DNA of 64,000 bases, from the NCBI GenBank assembly GCA_963663475.2, contig CAXXJV010000001.1, positions 704,001 to 768,000 of the forward strand. Reading direction: 5' to 3'. The DNA is from Candidatus Cloacimonadales bacterium (GTDB lineage Bacteria; Cloacimonadota; Cloacimonadia; Cloacimonadales; JAFGVF01). Below are positions 49,643-59,873 of this stretch, piece by piece (within the stretch, counting starts at the first letter, position 1; every line of letters begins with the position of its first letter). Under the pieces are notes generated by a model. That model searched no databases. It was not told the DNA's origin and saw only the letters and a list, made by a program, of their open reading frames with translations. A program made the translations under genes and the position numbers.

Positions 49643-52600
49643 TTGAAAAAGTTCAAAAGTTATTCCAGAATATCCAAGAAATTTATCGAGTTGGGAATAC
49701 CGCAAGTAGAAGTACCAAATCTTTTATCTATGCAGGTTGATTCTTTTGAAGATTTTATTCAAAAAGATGTTCATCCCCAACAGCGAACTAATTTCGGATT
49801 GCAAGCTGTTTTTGAGAATTTATTTCCCATCACAGACCCAAAAGAAAACTATGAATTAGAATTTGTAGAATACCGAATCTTAAAAGAAAAATATTCAATT
49901 GATGAATGTATTGAAAGAAATTTATCGTACCAAGTTCCCTTAAAAATAAAATTAAGATTAAAAGTCTATGAAGTTGATGAAAATGAAAGTTTTGATATCA
50001 TCGTAGATTCTGTCGGTAGTAATACAAATGATGTAAAGCAGTTTTTAATAACAGGTCTAAATTGGGATGAAGTTTCAGCTACAAATATACTGGAAGCAGT
50101 AGAAACTAATGAAGATACCAATAGGATAATTAATTCTTGTGATGAAGCTGAAGACGCAAAACAAATTCTGAACACCTTAAAAACTTTCGGAGTAACAGGA
50201 AGAATCCAAAAGAGGATTGATAAAACAAGAACTCTGAGAGATATAATGGAACAAGAAGTTTTCCTAGGTGATATTCCTTTAATTACAGAACAAGGAACGT
50301 TCGTAATTAACGGAGCTGAAAGAGTCATTATATCACAGTTACAAAGATCACCTGGTGTGTATTTTTCTGAAGAGAAACACCCAAGTGGAAAGATGCTTAT
50401 ATCATCAAAAATTATCCCATATAATGGAAGCTGGTTAGAATTCCATATCGACATACATGATGTTGTATTTGTGAATATCGATAAAAGAAGAAAGTTACCT
50501 GTGTCTATTCTGCTTAGAGCTGTTGGATATATTCCAGACAACTATACAGAAATTCCTGAAGCTAGAGAAACTCTCCGTCTCTCTGACGAAAAAGGTAATG
50601 TTTCCTTAAAAGCAAAAAATTCTTATGCATATGCTGATATTTATGATCCTCGTGAGGGTCGTGAAGACCAGATATTAGTTAAGGCAAAAACAAAACTTAA
50701 CAACGAAATTGTTGAAGAATTATTAAGTGCTGGTATCATTGAAATTGATACAATAAATAATAAATATATCTCTACAGATACAGTTCTTAGAGAAATCTTC
50801 TATGATATTGAAGAAATCTCTACCAATAAGGCTGAAAAGAGATTTACTGCTTATGAAATCATCGCATCTGATGGTTCTTTATTAGCAGAAGCTAATACTG
50901 AAATTGATAAAGAACTTATTAAAGATCTTATTGATTGTGGTATTAAAAAAGTTAAAGTTGTTTCTGAAGAGAGTGATTTTAATCGTAAGATTTTAGAGAA
51001 GACACTCCTTAAAGATCCAACACGTAATCAAGAAGAAGCTGCTCAAAAAATCTATAGTTTAGTTAGACCAGGCGAAGATGAAGTGCCTATTGAAAATGCT
51101 ATGGATCTTATTGATAAAATGTTCTTTAACTCAAAAAGATATAATTTAGGTAATGTGGGAAGACATAAGTTAAATGCTAAATTAGGTTTTGAGCCTGATT
51201 ATGGTACTAATGTTCTTACCCAGAAAGATTTTACAGAAATTATTCATTATATGATTGCTATTTTCAAGGATGAAAAAGATATCGATGATATTGATCACCT
51301 TGCAAATAGAAGAGTTAGAACTGTTGGCGAACTCTTAGAAGAGCAATATAAGACAGGTCTATCTATGATAGCTAGAATTGCTTTAGAAAGAATGGCTATT
51401 GCTAATCCTGATGAGGTTACTGTTCATGATTTGATTAACAGTAATGCGCTTATCACAGTTATTGATTCATTCTTCTTAACAGGTCAGCTTTCACAGTTTA
51501 TGGACCAAACTAATCCTCTTTCTGCTCTTACTCATAAGAGAAGATTGTCTGCTTTAGGACCTGGTGGTTTGGCCAGAGATAGAGCTGGTTTTGAAGTACG
51601 TGATATTCACTACTCTCATTACGGCAGAATCTGTCCGATTGAAACACCTGAAGGACCAAGTATTGGACTTCTAAATTCTCCAGCTATTTATTCGCGTATT
51701 AATGAGTTTGGCTTCTTAGAAACTCCTTATATTAGAGTAGAAAATGGTGTAATTACTAATAGAGTTGATTATTTAGATGCTCATGAAGAGGATAAGTATA
51801 TTATTGCTCAGCATGTAAATATTGATGATGATTTAGTTATTACAGATAAATATATCTTTGCTCGTGAAAAGGATGAATATGTCAATGTTACTCCAGAACA
51901 AATTGATTACATTGATGTTTCTCCACAGCAAGTTGTATCAGTATCAGCAGCATTGGTTCCATTCTTGGAACATGATGATGCTAACCGTGCTTTGATGGGA
52001 TCTAACATGCAGAGACAATCTGTTCCACTGTTAAATCCTCAAACACCTATTATAGGTACTGGTATTGAGAAGATAGTTGCCAGAGAATCTGGTGCTGTTA
52101 TTTTAGCTAAATATAATGGTGAAGTAACTAATGTTACTGCTGAATATATTGATATTAAACCTGATGCATCTAATGATGATATCGATTTAATTAGAGAAGA
52201 AAGAGTTTACTTAAAGAAATATGTGAGATCTAATCAAGATACATGTATTAACCAACGTCCTATTGTCAAGATTGGAGATAAGGTTACTAAAGGACAGCCA
52301 ATATCTGATGGGCCTGGTATCGAAGGAGATAGATTAGCCCTTGGTTCTAATATGGTTGTTGCTTTCATGCCTTGGTATGGATATAACTATGAGGATGCTA
52401 TTATTCTTAGTGAACATGTGGCACGTAAAGATACTCTTACCTCAATCTATATCGAAGAGTTAGAAGTTCTTGTTAGAGATTTAAAGAACGGAAAAGAAGA
52501 GCTAGCAAGTGATATTCCTAATGTCCCTGTTAATTCTTTAAGAAACTTAGATAAATCTGGTATTATCAGAGTTGGTTCTGTTATTACTGCTGGCGATGTT

Positions 52601-53887
52601 ATCGTTGGTAAAATAACACCTAAGTCTGTTGAAATTGATCCTTCTCCAGAAGAAAACTTAATGAGAGCTCTCTTTGGTGATCGAGCTGGTGACTATACTA
52701 ATAGTTCATTAAAAGCAAAACCTGGAATGGAAGGTGTTGTTCTTGATGTAAAAGTTTTCTCTCGTTATGAAGATATTATTGAATTTGAAGAAGATCATAA
52801 GGCTCAAATAGCTAAACTTAAAAAAGATAATATAGAAAGAAAGAAAAAGATCGAAAACTTTAAGAAAGAGAAACTTAGTGAACTTCTATTAGGACAGGTT
52901 GCTAAGAACATCGTTGATTCTAAAGATGGTAGATTCTATATTCTTTCTGGAAAGAAAATTACTGCTTCTGACTTAGAAAAGATTAACTTCTCAAGAGTTA
53001 ATTTAGAAGTTGAGATGGTGGCAGATCCTGAGAAATATAAAGAGATATACAAAACTGTAGCTTTGAAAGCAAATGAAGCTATGGAAGAGAGCGAAAATAT
53101 CTATAAGAAGTCAAGAGATAGAATCAAACATGGTGATGAACTTCCTTATGGTGTTCGCAAAATGGTCAAAGTCTATATTGCTAAAAAGAGAAAAATTCAA
53201 GTTGGTGATAAGATGGCTGGACGTCATGGTAACAAAGGTGTTATATCTATCGTTGCTCCAATTGAAGATATGCCATTCATGAGCGACGGTACTCCAGTTG
53301 ATATCGTACTTAATCCACTTGGTGTTCCTTCTCGTATGAATATCGGACAGATCATGGAAACTCACCTTGGTATGGCAGCTAAAACTTTAGGATTCCATGT
53401 GGAAACTCCTATATTTGATGGTGCTAAAATTGAGGATATTGAAGCTGAACTTAGAGAGGCTAATTTACCTACTGATGGTAAACAAGTCCTATATGATGGA
53501 AAAACTGGTGAACCTTTCAAAGAAAGAGTTACTGTTGGCGTCATGTATATGATGAAACTTAATCACTTGGTTGCAGATAAAATGCATGCCCGTTCAACTG
53601 GGCCATACTCATTGATTACCCAACAACCTCTTGGTGGTAAGGCTCAACATGGTGGACAACGTCTTGGAGAGATGGAAGTCTGGGCTTTAGAAGCTTATGG
53701 TGCTGCCCATCTTTTAGAAGAGATGTTAACAATCAAATCTGATGATGTCGATGGAAGAACTAATGCTTTCAAAGCGATAACCAATGGACAGAACCCACCT
53801 GCACCAGGTACTCCAGAATCATTTAATGTCTTAATTAGTGAATTAAAGTCTCTTGCTTTTGATATAGAGTTCTTAAAAGATGAGTAG
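49643..53887 (+). CDS. rpoB: RNA polymerase beta subunit
   Basis: QLSQFMDQTNPL, HDDANRALMGSNMQRQ, GDKMAGRHGNKG, GQRLGEMEVWALEAYG; contains insertions. Confidence 0.99.
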   Translation: MKKFKSYSRISKKFIELGIPQVEVPNLLSMQVDSFEDFIQKDVHPQQRTNFGLQAVFENLFPITDPKENYELEFVEYRILKEKYSIDECIERNLSYQVPLKIKLRLKVYEVDENESFDIIVDSVGSNTNDVKQFLITGLNWDEVSATNILEAVETNEDTNRIINSCDEAEDAKQILNTLKTFGVTGRIQKRIDKTRTLRDIMEQEVFLGDIPLITEQGTFVINGAERVIISQLQRSPGVYFSEEKHPSGKMLISSKIIPYNGSWLEFHIDIHDVVFVNIDKRRKLPVSILLRAVGYIPDNYTEIPEARETLRLSDEKGNVSLKAKNSYAYADIYDPREGREDQILVKAKTKLNNEIVEELLSAGIIEIDTINNKYISTDTVLREIFYDIEEISTNKAEKRFTAYEIIASDGSLLAEANTEIDKELIKDLIDCGIKKVKVVSEESDFNRKILEKTLLKDPTRNQEEAAQKIYSLVRPGEDEVPIENAMDLIDKMFFNSKRYNLGNVGRHKLNAKLGFEPDYGTNVLTQKDFTEIIHYMIAIFKDEKDIDDIDHLANRRVRTVGELLEEQYKTGLSMIARIALERMAIANPDEVTVHDLINSNALITVIDSFFLTGQLSQFMDQTNPLSALTHKRRLSALGPGGLARDRAGFEVRDIHYSHYGRICPIETPEGPSIGLLNSPAIYSRINEFGFLETPYIRVENGVITNRVDYLDAHEEDKYIIAQHVNIDDDLVITDKYIFAREKDEYVNVTPEQIDYIDVSPQQVVSVSAALVPFLEHDDANRALMGSNMQRQSVPLLNPQTPIIGTGIEKIVARESGAVILAKYNGEVTNVTAEYIDIKPDASNDDIDLIREERVYLKKYVRSNQDTCINQRPIVKIGDKVTKGQPISDGPGIEGDRLALGSNMVVAFMPWYGYNYEDAIILSEHVARKDTLTSIYIEELEVLVRDLKNGKEELASDIPNVPVNSLRNLDKSGIIRVGSVITAGDVIVGKITPKSVEIDPSPEENLMRALFGDRAGDYTNSSLKAKPGMEGVVLDVKVFSRYEDIIEFEEDHKAQIAKLKKDNIERKKKIENFKKEKLSELLLGQVAKNIVDSKDGRFYILSGKKITASDLEKINFSRVNLEVEMVADPEKYKEIYKTVALKANEAMEESENIYKKSRDRIKHGDELPYGVRKMVKVYIAKKRKIQVGDKMAGRHGNKGVISIVAPIEDMPFMSDGTPVDIVLNPLGVPSRMNIGQIMETHLGMAAKTLGFHVETPIFDGAKIEDIEAELREANLPTDGKQVLYDGKTGEPFKERVTVGVMYMMKLNHLVADKMHARSTGPYSLITQQPLGGKAQHGGQRLGEMEVWALEAYGAAHLLEEMLTIKSDDVDGRTNAFKAITNGQNPPAPGTPESFNVLISELKSLAFDIEFLKDE

Positions 53888-53919
53888 AAATCGTTGGAAC
53901 AGAAACGGAGGATTTCTCA

Positions 53920-56900
53920 GTGAATAGAAATATTAAACGAGAAAAAAAGATAGAAAATTATGATGCCGTTCGTATTCGTATTGCGTCACCAGATGCAATA
54001 AGATCTTGGTCTTATGGAGAAGTCGTAAAACCAGATACACTAAATTACCGTACTTTAAAACCGGAAAAAGATGGTCTCTTCTGTGAAAGAATTTTTGGAC
54101 CAGAGAAAGACTACGAATGCTCATGTGGAAAGTATAAGAAAAAAAGATTTGCAGGTACTATATGCGACCGTTGTGGAGTAGAAGTTACTTCCTCACGAGT
54201 AAGAAGAACACGTATGGGGCACATTGAATTAGCTGTTCCAGTTGCTCATATCTCATTCGTGAAAAGTGCTCCAAGTAAAATTGGAACATTGTTAGGTCTA
54301 ACTATTAGTAACCTTGAGAAAATCTTAGTATATGAATCTTATGTTGTCTTAAATCCAGGAGACCAAGATTATAGTGTAAACGAATTAATCGATACTGAAG
54401 AGTTTTATGAAATACGTGACCAAGTTTCACGTGACCCAAACTTCTCAGCAAAGATTGGTGCAGAAGCAGTTAAAGAAATGCTTCAATCATTAAATCTTGA
54501 TGATATAGCTGCTGATTTAAGAACCCGTATCAAATGGGAAACTTCAACCATGCGTAAGCAAAAGATGATTAAGCGTCTCAAAGTTGTTGAGGCTTTCAGA
54601 CAGTCTGGTAATAAACCAGAATGGATGATATTAGAAGTATTACCTGTACTTCCTCCAACTTTAAGACCATTAGTACCTCTTGATGGTGGTAAGTTTGCAA
54701 CAGCTGACTTTAATGATTTATACAGACGTGTTATCACTAGAAATAATAGATTAAAAGGTCTTATTGAAATAAGAGCACCTGAGGTTATTCTTAGGAATGA
54801 AAAGAGAATGCTACAGGAAGCTGTTGATGCTTTAATTGATAATTCCAAGAAAGCAAGACCTGTTAAAGGTAGAGGAAACAGAGCTCTAAAGAGTCTTACC
54901 GACCAACTCAAAGGTAAGCAAGGTCGTTTCCGTCAAAACCTCTTAGGTAAACGTGTAGATTACTCAGGACGTTCAGTTATAACTGTTGGTCCTCACCTAA
55001 AAATCTATGAAATGGGTTTACCTAAAGATATGGCTGTTGAGCTTTTCAAACCATTTATAATTGAAAGATTAGAGAAAATGGGAACTGCTGAAAAAACTAA
55101 AACAGCTAAAAAAATGGTAGAAAAAAAACAGCCTGAAATCTGGAAGATCTTAGAAGAAATTATTCAAGATTATCCTGTAATGTTAAACCGTGCTCCTACT
55201 CTTCACAGACTAGGTATTCAAGCTTTTATGCCTGTTTTAACAGAAGGAAAGTCTTTACAGTTACATCCTATGGTTTGTACACCTTTCAATGCTGACTTTG
55301 ATGGTGACCAAATGGGTTGTTATATCCCTCTATCTCAAGAAGCAAGAATGGAAGCAAGAATCTTGATGCTATCATCAAGAAACTTATTACTTCCAGCTAG
55401 TGGACGCCTAGCTATGGCTCCTTCACAAGATATTGTGCTTGGTTGCTTCTATTTGACTATGGAAGGATCTCCTCAACCTAAAGAGGAAGAGGAAATTAAC
55501 AAACTTAAATGGTTTGGTTCTGCCGAAGAAATGGTGAATTATTACGAAAGCGAAGAAATGCTCTTTGACCAGAAAAGAGAATCTGAAGCAATGAGAGCTG
55601 AAGATGTTAGTAAAAGAACAATAAATCTTCATACTTGGATTCGGATTAAAATTAAAGGAAAATGGATTGTTACTACTGTTGGTAGAGTTCTCTTTAATGA
55701 AGCTTTACCAGAGGCAATTCCTTTCCAAAACAAGGTATTTGATAAAGGTTCCTTAAATGACTTAGCTATGGTTTGTTTCCATCAGGTAGGACAATGGGAA
55801 ACTGCTATCTTCCTTGATAAAATGAAAGAAACAGGTTTCAAATATGCTACTCGTGGTGGTATCACATTTAGTTTTGGTGATATTATTGTTCCCGAGAAGA
55901 AATATGAAATCATTGAAAATACTCAGAAAATCGTTGATGAAATAACTGATACCTATAATATGGGTATTATTACTGATAGTGAACGCTCATCACGTGTTGT
56001 GGATAGCTGGAAAATTGCTACTGAAGAGGTTACTGATAGCTTAATGGATGAGCTTAAAGTAAGTGAAGGTGGATATAACTCAATTTATATGATGTATCTA
56101 TCTGGTGCTCGTGGTAGTAAAACTCAGATTAAACAGCTTGGTGGTATGCGTGGTCTTATGGATAAACCATCAGCTAAGGGTGGTGGAAACGAAGTTATTG
56201 AAACACCTATTAAATCAAACTTTAAAGAAGGTTTGAGCGTGTTAGAATTCTTCATTTCTACTCACGGATCTAGAAAAGGTCTTGCTGATACAGCTTTGAA
56301 AACAGCTGGTGCTGGTTACCTGACAAGAAGACTAGTTGACGTAGCTCAAAACTCTATGATTGTAGAAGATGATTGTGGTACTATTGATGGTATCGTGATG
56401 TCTGCTTTAAAAGAGGGTAATGAGGTTATTGAATCTTTGAAAGATAGAATTACTGGTAGAACTGCAGTTGATGATGTTGAAGACCCAAGAACAGGTAAAA
56501 TCATTGTCCATGCTGGAGAGGAAATCTCAGGTGAAACTGCGGAAACTATCCAAAAACATGGTGTTTTAAGTGTGAGAGTTAGATCAGTTCTAACTTGTCA
56601 ATCAGAGAAAGGTGTTTGTGCTAAATGTTACGGTATTAACCTTTCAACCCACAAACCTGTGTCTGCTGGTGAACCTGTTGGTATCATCGCTGCCCAGTCT
56701 ATTGGTGAACCTGGTACTCAATTGACACTTAGAACTTTCCATATTGGTGGTACTGCTTCTACTGATGTTGATTCTGCTTCCGTTGAAGCTAAAAATGATG
56801 GTTATATCAGATTTGATAATGTTCAGTTTGTTGTAGATAGTCAAGGACAGATGATTTCATCTTCTCACTTGGGTAAGCTATTTGTTGTTCCTGAACCAGA

Positions 56901-58665
56901 TTCTGATATTATCTTAGAAGAATATAAAGTTGAATATGCTGCTATTATTGAAGTTAAAGATGGACAAAAAGTCGTAGCAGATACAAAATTATTCTCTTGG
57001 GATCAATATAATAATACTCTTATTTCAACTGTTAAAGGTGTTCTTTATTATGATAACTTTGTGAAAAATGTTACCTATAAAGAAGAATTTAATGATTTAA
57101 CAGGATCTAAAGAGCTTACTATTATTGAATCTAAAGATAGAATTCAACCACAGTTCAAAATTGAAACAGAAGATGGACAGACTGTTCTAGTTCCACTTCA
57201 AACTGGTTTGAGCGTCTTGGTTGATAATGAACAAACTGTTCAAGTTGGACAGAAAATCGGTCAAACATCACGTGTTACTATTAAACAGGGTGATATTACT
57301 GGTGGTCTTCCACGAGTTGAAGACCTCTTTGAAGCTAGAATACCTAAAGAAAAAGCTGTTATCTCTGAGATTGAAGGTAGAATCTCTATCGGTAATCTAA
57401 AACGTAATGGCCGTGATATTTATATCACTCCTCCTACTGGTATTTTCGCCCTAGAAGATGGTGTAATGCAAGCTGTAGATGATCTTCCTTTAATTTCATC
57501 TAGTAACATTATAAAATCTGGAAATGAAACTCTTTCTCCTGTTACAGGAACCATCATTGCTATTGAAAGTATTAATAAGATGGCTAAAGTTTCAATTAAA
57601 GATGATGAAGGTAATGTCAGCCTTGTAGAATGCGAAGATGGTCAAGATATCGGTTTACTTACTTACGTTGGACAGAGAGTTCAAAAAGATGATGCTATTG
57701 CTGGTGCAAAAACTTACTCACCAACTATTAGGCTTATACCTGCTAGTGGCGTGAAAGCTAAATCTGCTGGCAAAGTTGTCAAAATTGAAAAAGTCGAGAA
57801 TGGTTTTGAAGTAACTGTAGAACCAAAATCTACAAAGAAATCAACCGCTACTGTTTATACAATAAGTGACGGACATAAACCATTCAACCTTCTTGGTAGT
57901 AATGTTAAAAAGAATGATATCTTAGGTGGATATGTACATTATATTGCCACTGGACAAGAAGCAATCCTACCTAGTGGAACAAAAGTTACTAAAGGTCAAG
58001 CCCTAGCTGGTAGAAACCATGTAATTCCAATAGGTAAAAGAATTATTATTCACGAAGGTGATAATGTTAATTCTGGTACTGCCCTATGTGATGGACCTAT
58101 TGATCCTCACGATATTCTTAGAATTCGTGGTATCAAAGAATCCCAAAAACTTATTCTTGATGAAATCCAAGAAGTTTATCGTAAACAAGGTGTGAAAATC
58201 GATGATAAACACATCGGTATTATTGTGAGACAGATGTTCAAGAAAGTTAAAATTCTTGATCCTGGTGATACTTATTTCCTTGAAGGCGATACAGTTGATA
58301 AACTTATCGCAACTAAAGAAAATGCTAGACAAGAAGGATTAGGTGGCAAAGGTGCTACATTCGAACAACTTCTTCTTGGTATTACCAAAACTTCTTTGTT
58401 GACAGAATCATGGCTTTCTGCAGCTTCGTTCATGGAGACTACAAAGGTCCTAACTCAAGCTGCTGTTGAAGGCAAAGTTGATAACTTAGAAGGTCTCAAA
58501 GAAAGCATAATCCTTGGTCACAAAATCCCTGTTGGTACAGGCTCTAAGTTCTATACTAACAAGATCAAGGAACTAGAAAAAAGCGGCAAAACGGTTGCCG
58601 AAATGGTTGAGCTTTTAGCTCACAAATCTGATGACGAGTCCATGGAAGACTTGTTAGACTTTTAA
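53920..58665 (+). CDS. rpoC: RNA polymerase beta' subunit
   Basis: Zn fingers, GKRVDYSGR, NADFDGD, GEPGTQLTLRTFH, trigger-loop SBHM insertion, extended jaw. Confidence 0.99.
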   Translation: MNRNIKREKKIENYDAVRIRIASPDAIRSWSYGEVVKPDTLNYRTLKPEKDGLFCERIFGPEKDYECSCGKYKKKRFAGTICDRCGVEVTSSRVRRTRMGHIELAVPVAHISFVKSAPSKIGTLLGLTISNLEKILVYESYVVLNPGDQDYSVNELIDTEEFYEIRDQVSRDPNFSAKIGAEAVKEMLQSLNLDDIAADLRTRIKWETSTMRKQKMIKRLKVVEAFRQSGNKPEWMILEVLPVLPPTLRPLVPLDGGKFATADFNDLYRRVITRNNRLKGLIEIRAPEVILRNEKRMLQEAVDALIDNSKKARPVKGRGNRALKSLTDQLKGKQGRFRQNLLGKRVDYSGRSVITVGPHLKIYEMGLPKDMAVELFKPFIIERLEKMGTAEKTKTAKKMVEKKQPEIWKILEEIIQDYPVMLNRAPTLHRLGIQAFMPVLTEGKSLQLHPMVCTPFNADFDGDQMGCYIPLSQEARMEARILMLSSRNLLLPASGRLAMAPSQDIVLGCFYLTMEGSPQPKEEEEINKLKWFGSAEEMVNYYESEEMLFDQKRESEAMRAEDVSKRTINLHTWIRIKIKGKWIVTTVGRVLFNEALPEAIPFQNKVFDKGSLNDLAMVCFHQVGQWETAIFLDKMKETGFKYATRGGITFSFGDIIVPEKKYEIIENTQKIVDEITDTYNMGIITDSERSSRVVDSWKIATEEVTDSLMDELKVSEGGYNSIYMMYLSGARGSKTQIKQLGGMRGLMDKPSAKGGGNEVIETPIKSNFKEGLSVLEFFISTHGSRKGLADTALKTAGAGYLTRRLVDVAQNSMIVEDDCGTIDGIVMSALKEGNEVIESLKDRITGRTAVDDVEDPRTGKIIVHAGEEISGETAETIQKHGVLSVRVRSVLTCQSEKGVCAKCYGINLSTHKPVSAGEPVGIIAAQSIGEPGTQLTLRTFHIGGTASTDVDSASVEAKNDGYIRFDNVQFVVDSQGQMISSSHLGKLFVVPEPDSDIILEEYKVEYAAIIEVKDGQKVVADTKLFSWDQYNNTLISTVKGVLYYDNFVKNVTYKEEFNDLTGSKELTIIESKDRIQPQFKIETEDGQTVLVPLQTGLSVLVDNEQTVQVGQKIGQTSRVTIKQGDITGGLPRVEDLFEARIPKEKAVISEIEGRISIGNLKRNGRDIYITPPTGIFALEDGVMQAVDDLPLISSSNIIKSGNETLSPVTGTIIAIESINKMAKVSIKDDEGNVSLVECEDGQDIGLLTYVGQRVQKDDAIAGAKTYSPTIRLIPASGVKAKSAGKVVKIEKVENGFEVTVEPKSTKKSTATVYTISDGHKPFNLLGSNVKKNDILGGYVHYIATGQEAILPSGTKVTKGQALAGRNHVIPIGKRIIIHEGDNVNSGTALCDGPIDPHDILRIRGIKESQKLILDEIQEVYRKQGVKIDDKHIGIIVRQMFKKVKILDPGDTYFLEGDTVDKLIATKENARQEGLGGKGATFEQLLLGITKTSLLTESWLSAASFMETTKVLTQAAVEGKVDNLEGLKESIILGHKIPVGTGSKFYTNKIKELEKSGKTVAEMVELLAHKSDDESMEDLLDF

Positions 58666-58684
58666 TAAAGGATGGAGGTAGATT

Positions 58685-59059
58685 GTGCCTACAATTAACC
58701 AGTTAATTAGAAAAGGTAGAAAATCGGTTGAGAAAAAGAAAAACAACCGCGCATTAAATAGTTGCCCACAGAGAAGGGGTGTTTGTACAAGAGTGTACAC
58801 AACAACACCTAAGAAACCTAACTCAGCCTTGCGTAAGGTTGCTCGTGTTCGTTTATCTAACGGTATTGAAGTTACTGCTTATATACCAGGTGAAGGACAT
58901 AACTTACAAGAGCATTCACTTGTATTAGTTCGTGGTGGTCGTGTTAAGGATTTACCTGGTGTGAGATATCACATCGTTCGTGGATCTTTAGACTGTTCAG
59001 GTGTTGAAAACAGAACTAAATCTCGTTCTAAATACGGAACAAGACGACCAAAAAAATAG
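58685..59059 (+). CDS. rpsL: 30S ribosomal protein S12
   Basis: [27 protein letters not shown]. Confidence 0.99.
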   Translation: MPTINQLIRKGRKSVEKKKNNRALNSCPQRRGVCTRVYTTTPKKPNSALRKVARVRLSNGIEVTAYIPGEGHNLQEHSLVLVRGGRVKDLPGVRYHIVRGSLDCSGVENRTKSRSKYGTRRPKK

Positions 59060-59068
59060 GAGAATGAT

Positions 59069-59539
59069 ATGCCAAGAAAACGCAAAGCCATAGAAAGAAC
59101 AGTATTACCTGATCCAAAATATAATGATGTAATACTCAGTAAATTCATCAACGGTGTAATGGAAGATGGAAAAAAATCTATTGCAGAACAAATTGTTTAT
59201 GGAGCATTTGAAATAATTGAAGAGAAAATGAAAAAAGATCCTCTTGAAGTATTTAAAGAAGCATTAACTAATGCTAGACCTCTTGTAAAAGTTACTTCTC
59301 GTCGTGTTGGTGGTGCTAACTACCAAGTTCCTGAAGAAGTTTCTGAAAAAGCTGGTAGAGCTATTGCATTCAGATGGATCATCTCAGTTGCTCGTAATCG
59401 TAATGAAAAGAACATGAGAGATAAATTAGCTGCAGAGTTAATGGCTATCTATAAAAAAGAGGGTGCAACTATCAAGAAAAGAGAAGACACTCACAAAATG
59501 GCTGAAGCTAACAAAGCTTTTGCTCACTTAAGATTCTAA
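59069..59539 (+). CDS. rpsG: 30S ribosomal protein S7
   Basis: PRKRK, GKKS.A, SRRVGGANYQVP, HKMAEANKAFAH. Confidence 0.99.
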   Translation: MPRKRKAIERTVLPDPKYNDVILSKFINGVMEDGKKSIAEQIVYGAFEIIEEKMKKDPLEVFKEALTNARPLVKVTSRRVGGANYQVPEEVSEKAGRAIAFRWIISVARNRNEKNMRDKLAAELMAIYKKEGATIKKREDTHKMAEANKAFAHLRF

Positions 59540-59557
59540 GTAAATTAGATATATATA

Positions 59558-59587
59558 AAGCGGAAGATTATCTTCCGCTTTTTTTTT
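59558..59587 (+). terminator. Intrinsic terminator after rpsG
   Basis: aaagcggaaga-tta-tcttccgcttt followed by a T run. Confidence 0.9.
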
Positions 59588-59630
59588 GTTTACCCAGAAT
59601 CTTATCTGAGACGATAGGCTGAAAGAAGTC

Positions 59631-59659
59631 TTGACATCTAACCGGCAAGAAATCATAGT
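59631..59659 (+). promoter_or_regulatory. Putative promoter for the LytS/LytTR operon
   Basis: TTGACA-N17-CATAGT. Confidence 0.5.
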
Positions 59660-59873
59660 TAGTAATAATTCCAAATAAGGCATAGGCTTTTGCTAAAAGA
59701 ATTGGCACTCTTCTCTATAGCTCTACTACACTATCTGAGTTAATCACTGTATTTCATCTCAATATATTTGCTACTCAGCAAGCATTATAAGTAAAAATCA
59801 AATAAAAACTTGCCAAAAAAAGCTCTTTATCCTAAATAAGGAAAATGGAAATTAGTTACTTAGGAAAGAAAAT

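Noticed and set aside
50530-50980. Duplicated module in the RpoB lobe, and the coiled-coil insert near 52770-53130, as novel insertions
   Set aside because: They resemble known beta-beta' module type lineage-specific insertions.
56760-57290. RpoC trigger-loop insertion as novel
   Set aside because: Fits the well-known two-SBHM SI3-type insertion.
45471-59151. Antisense or alternate-frame ORFs over tuf, tRNA-Trp/secE, rpl, rpo and rps genes
   Set aside because: Shadow ORFs of conserved genes.
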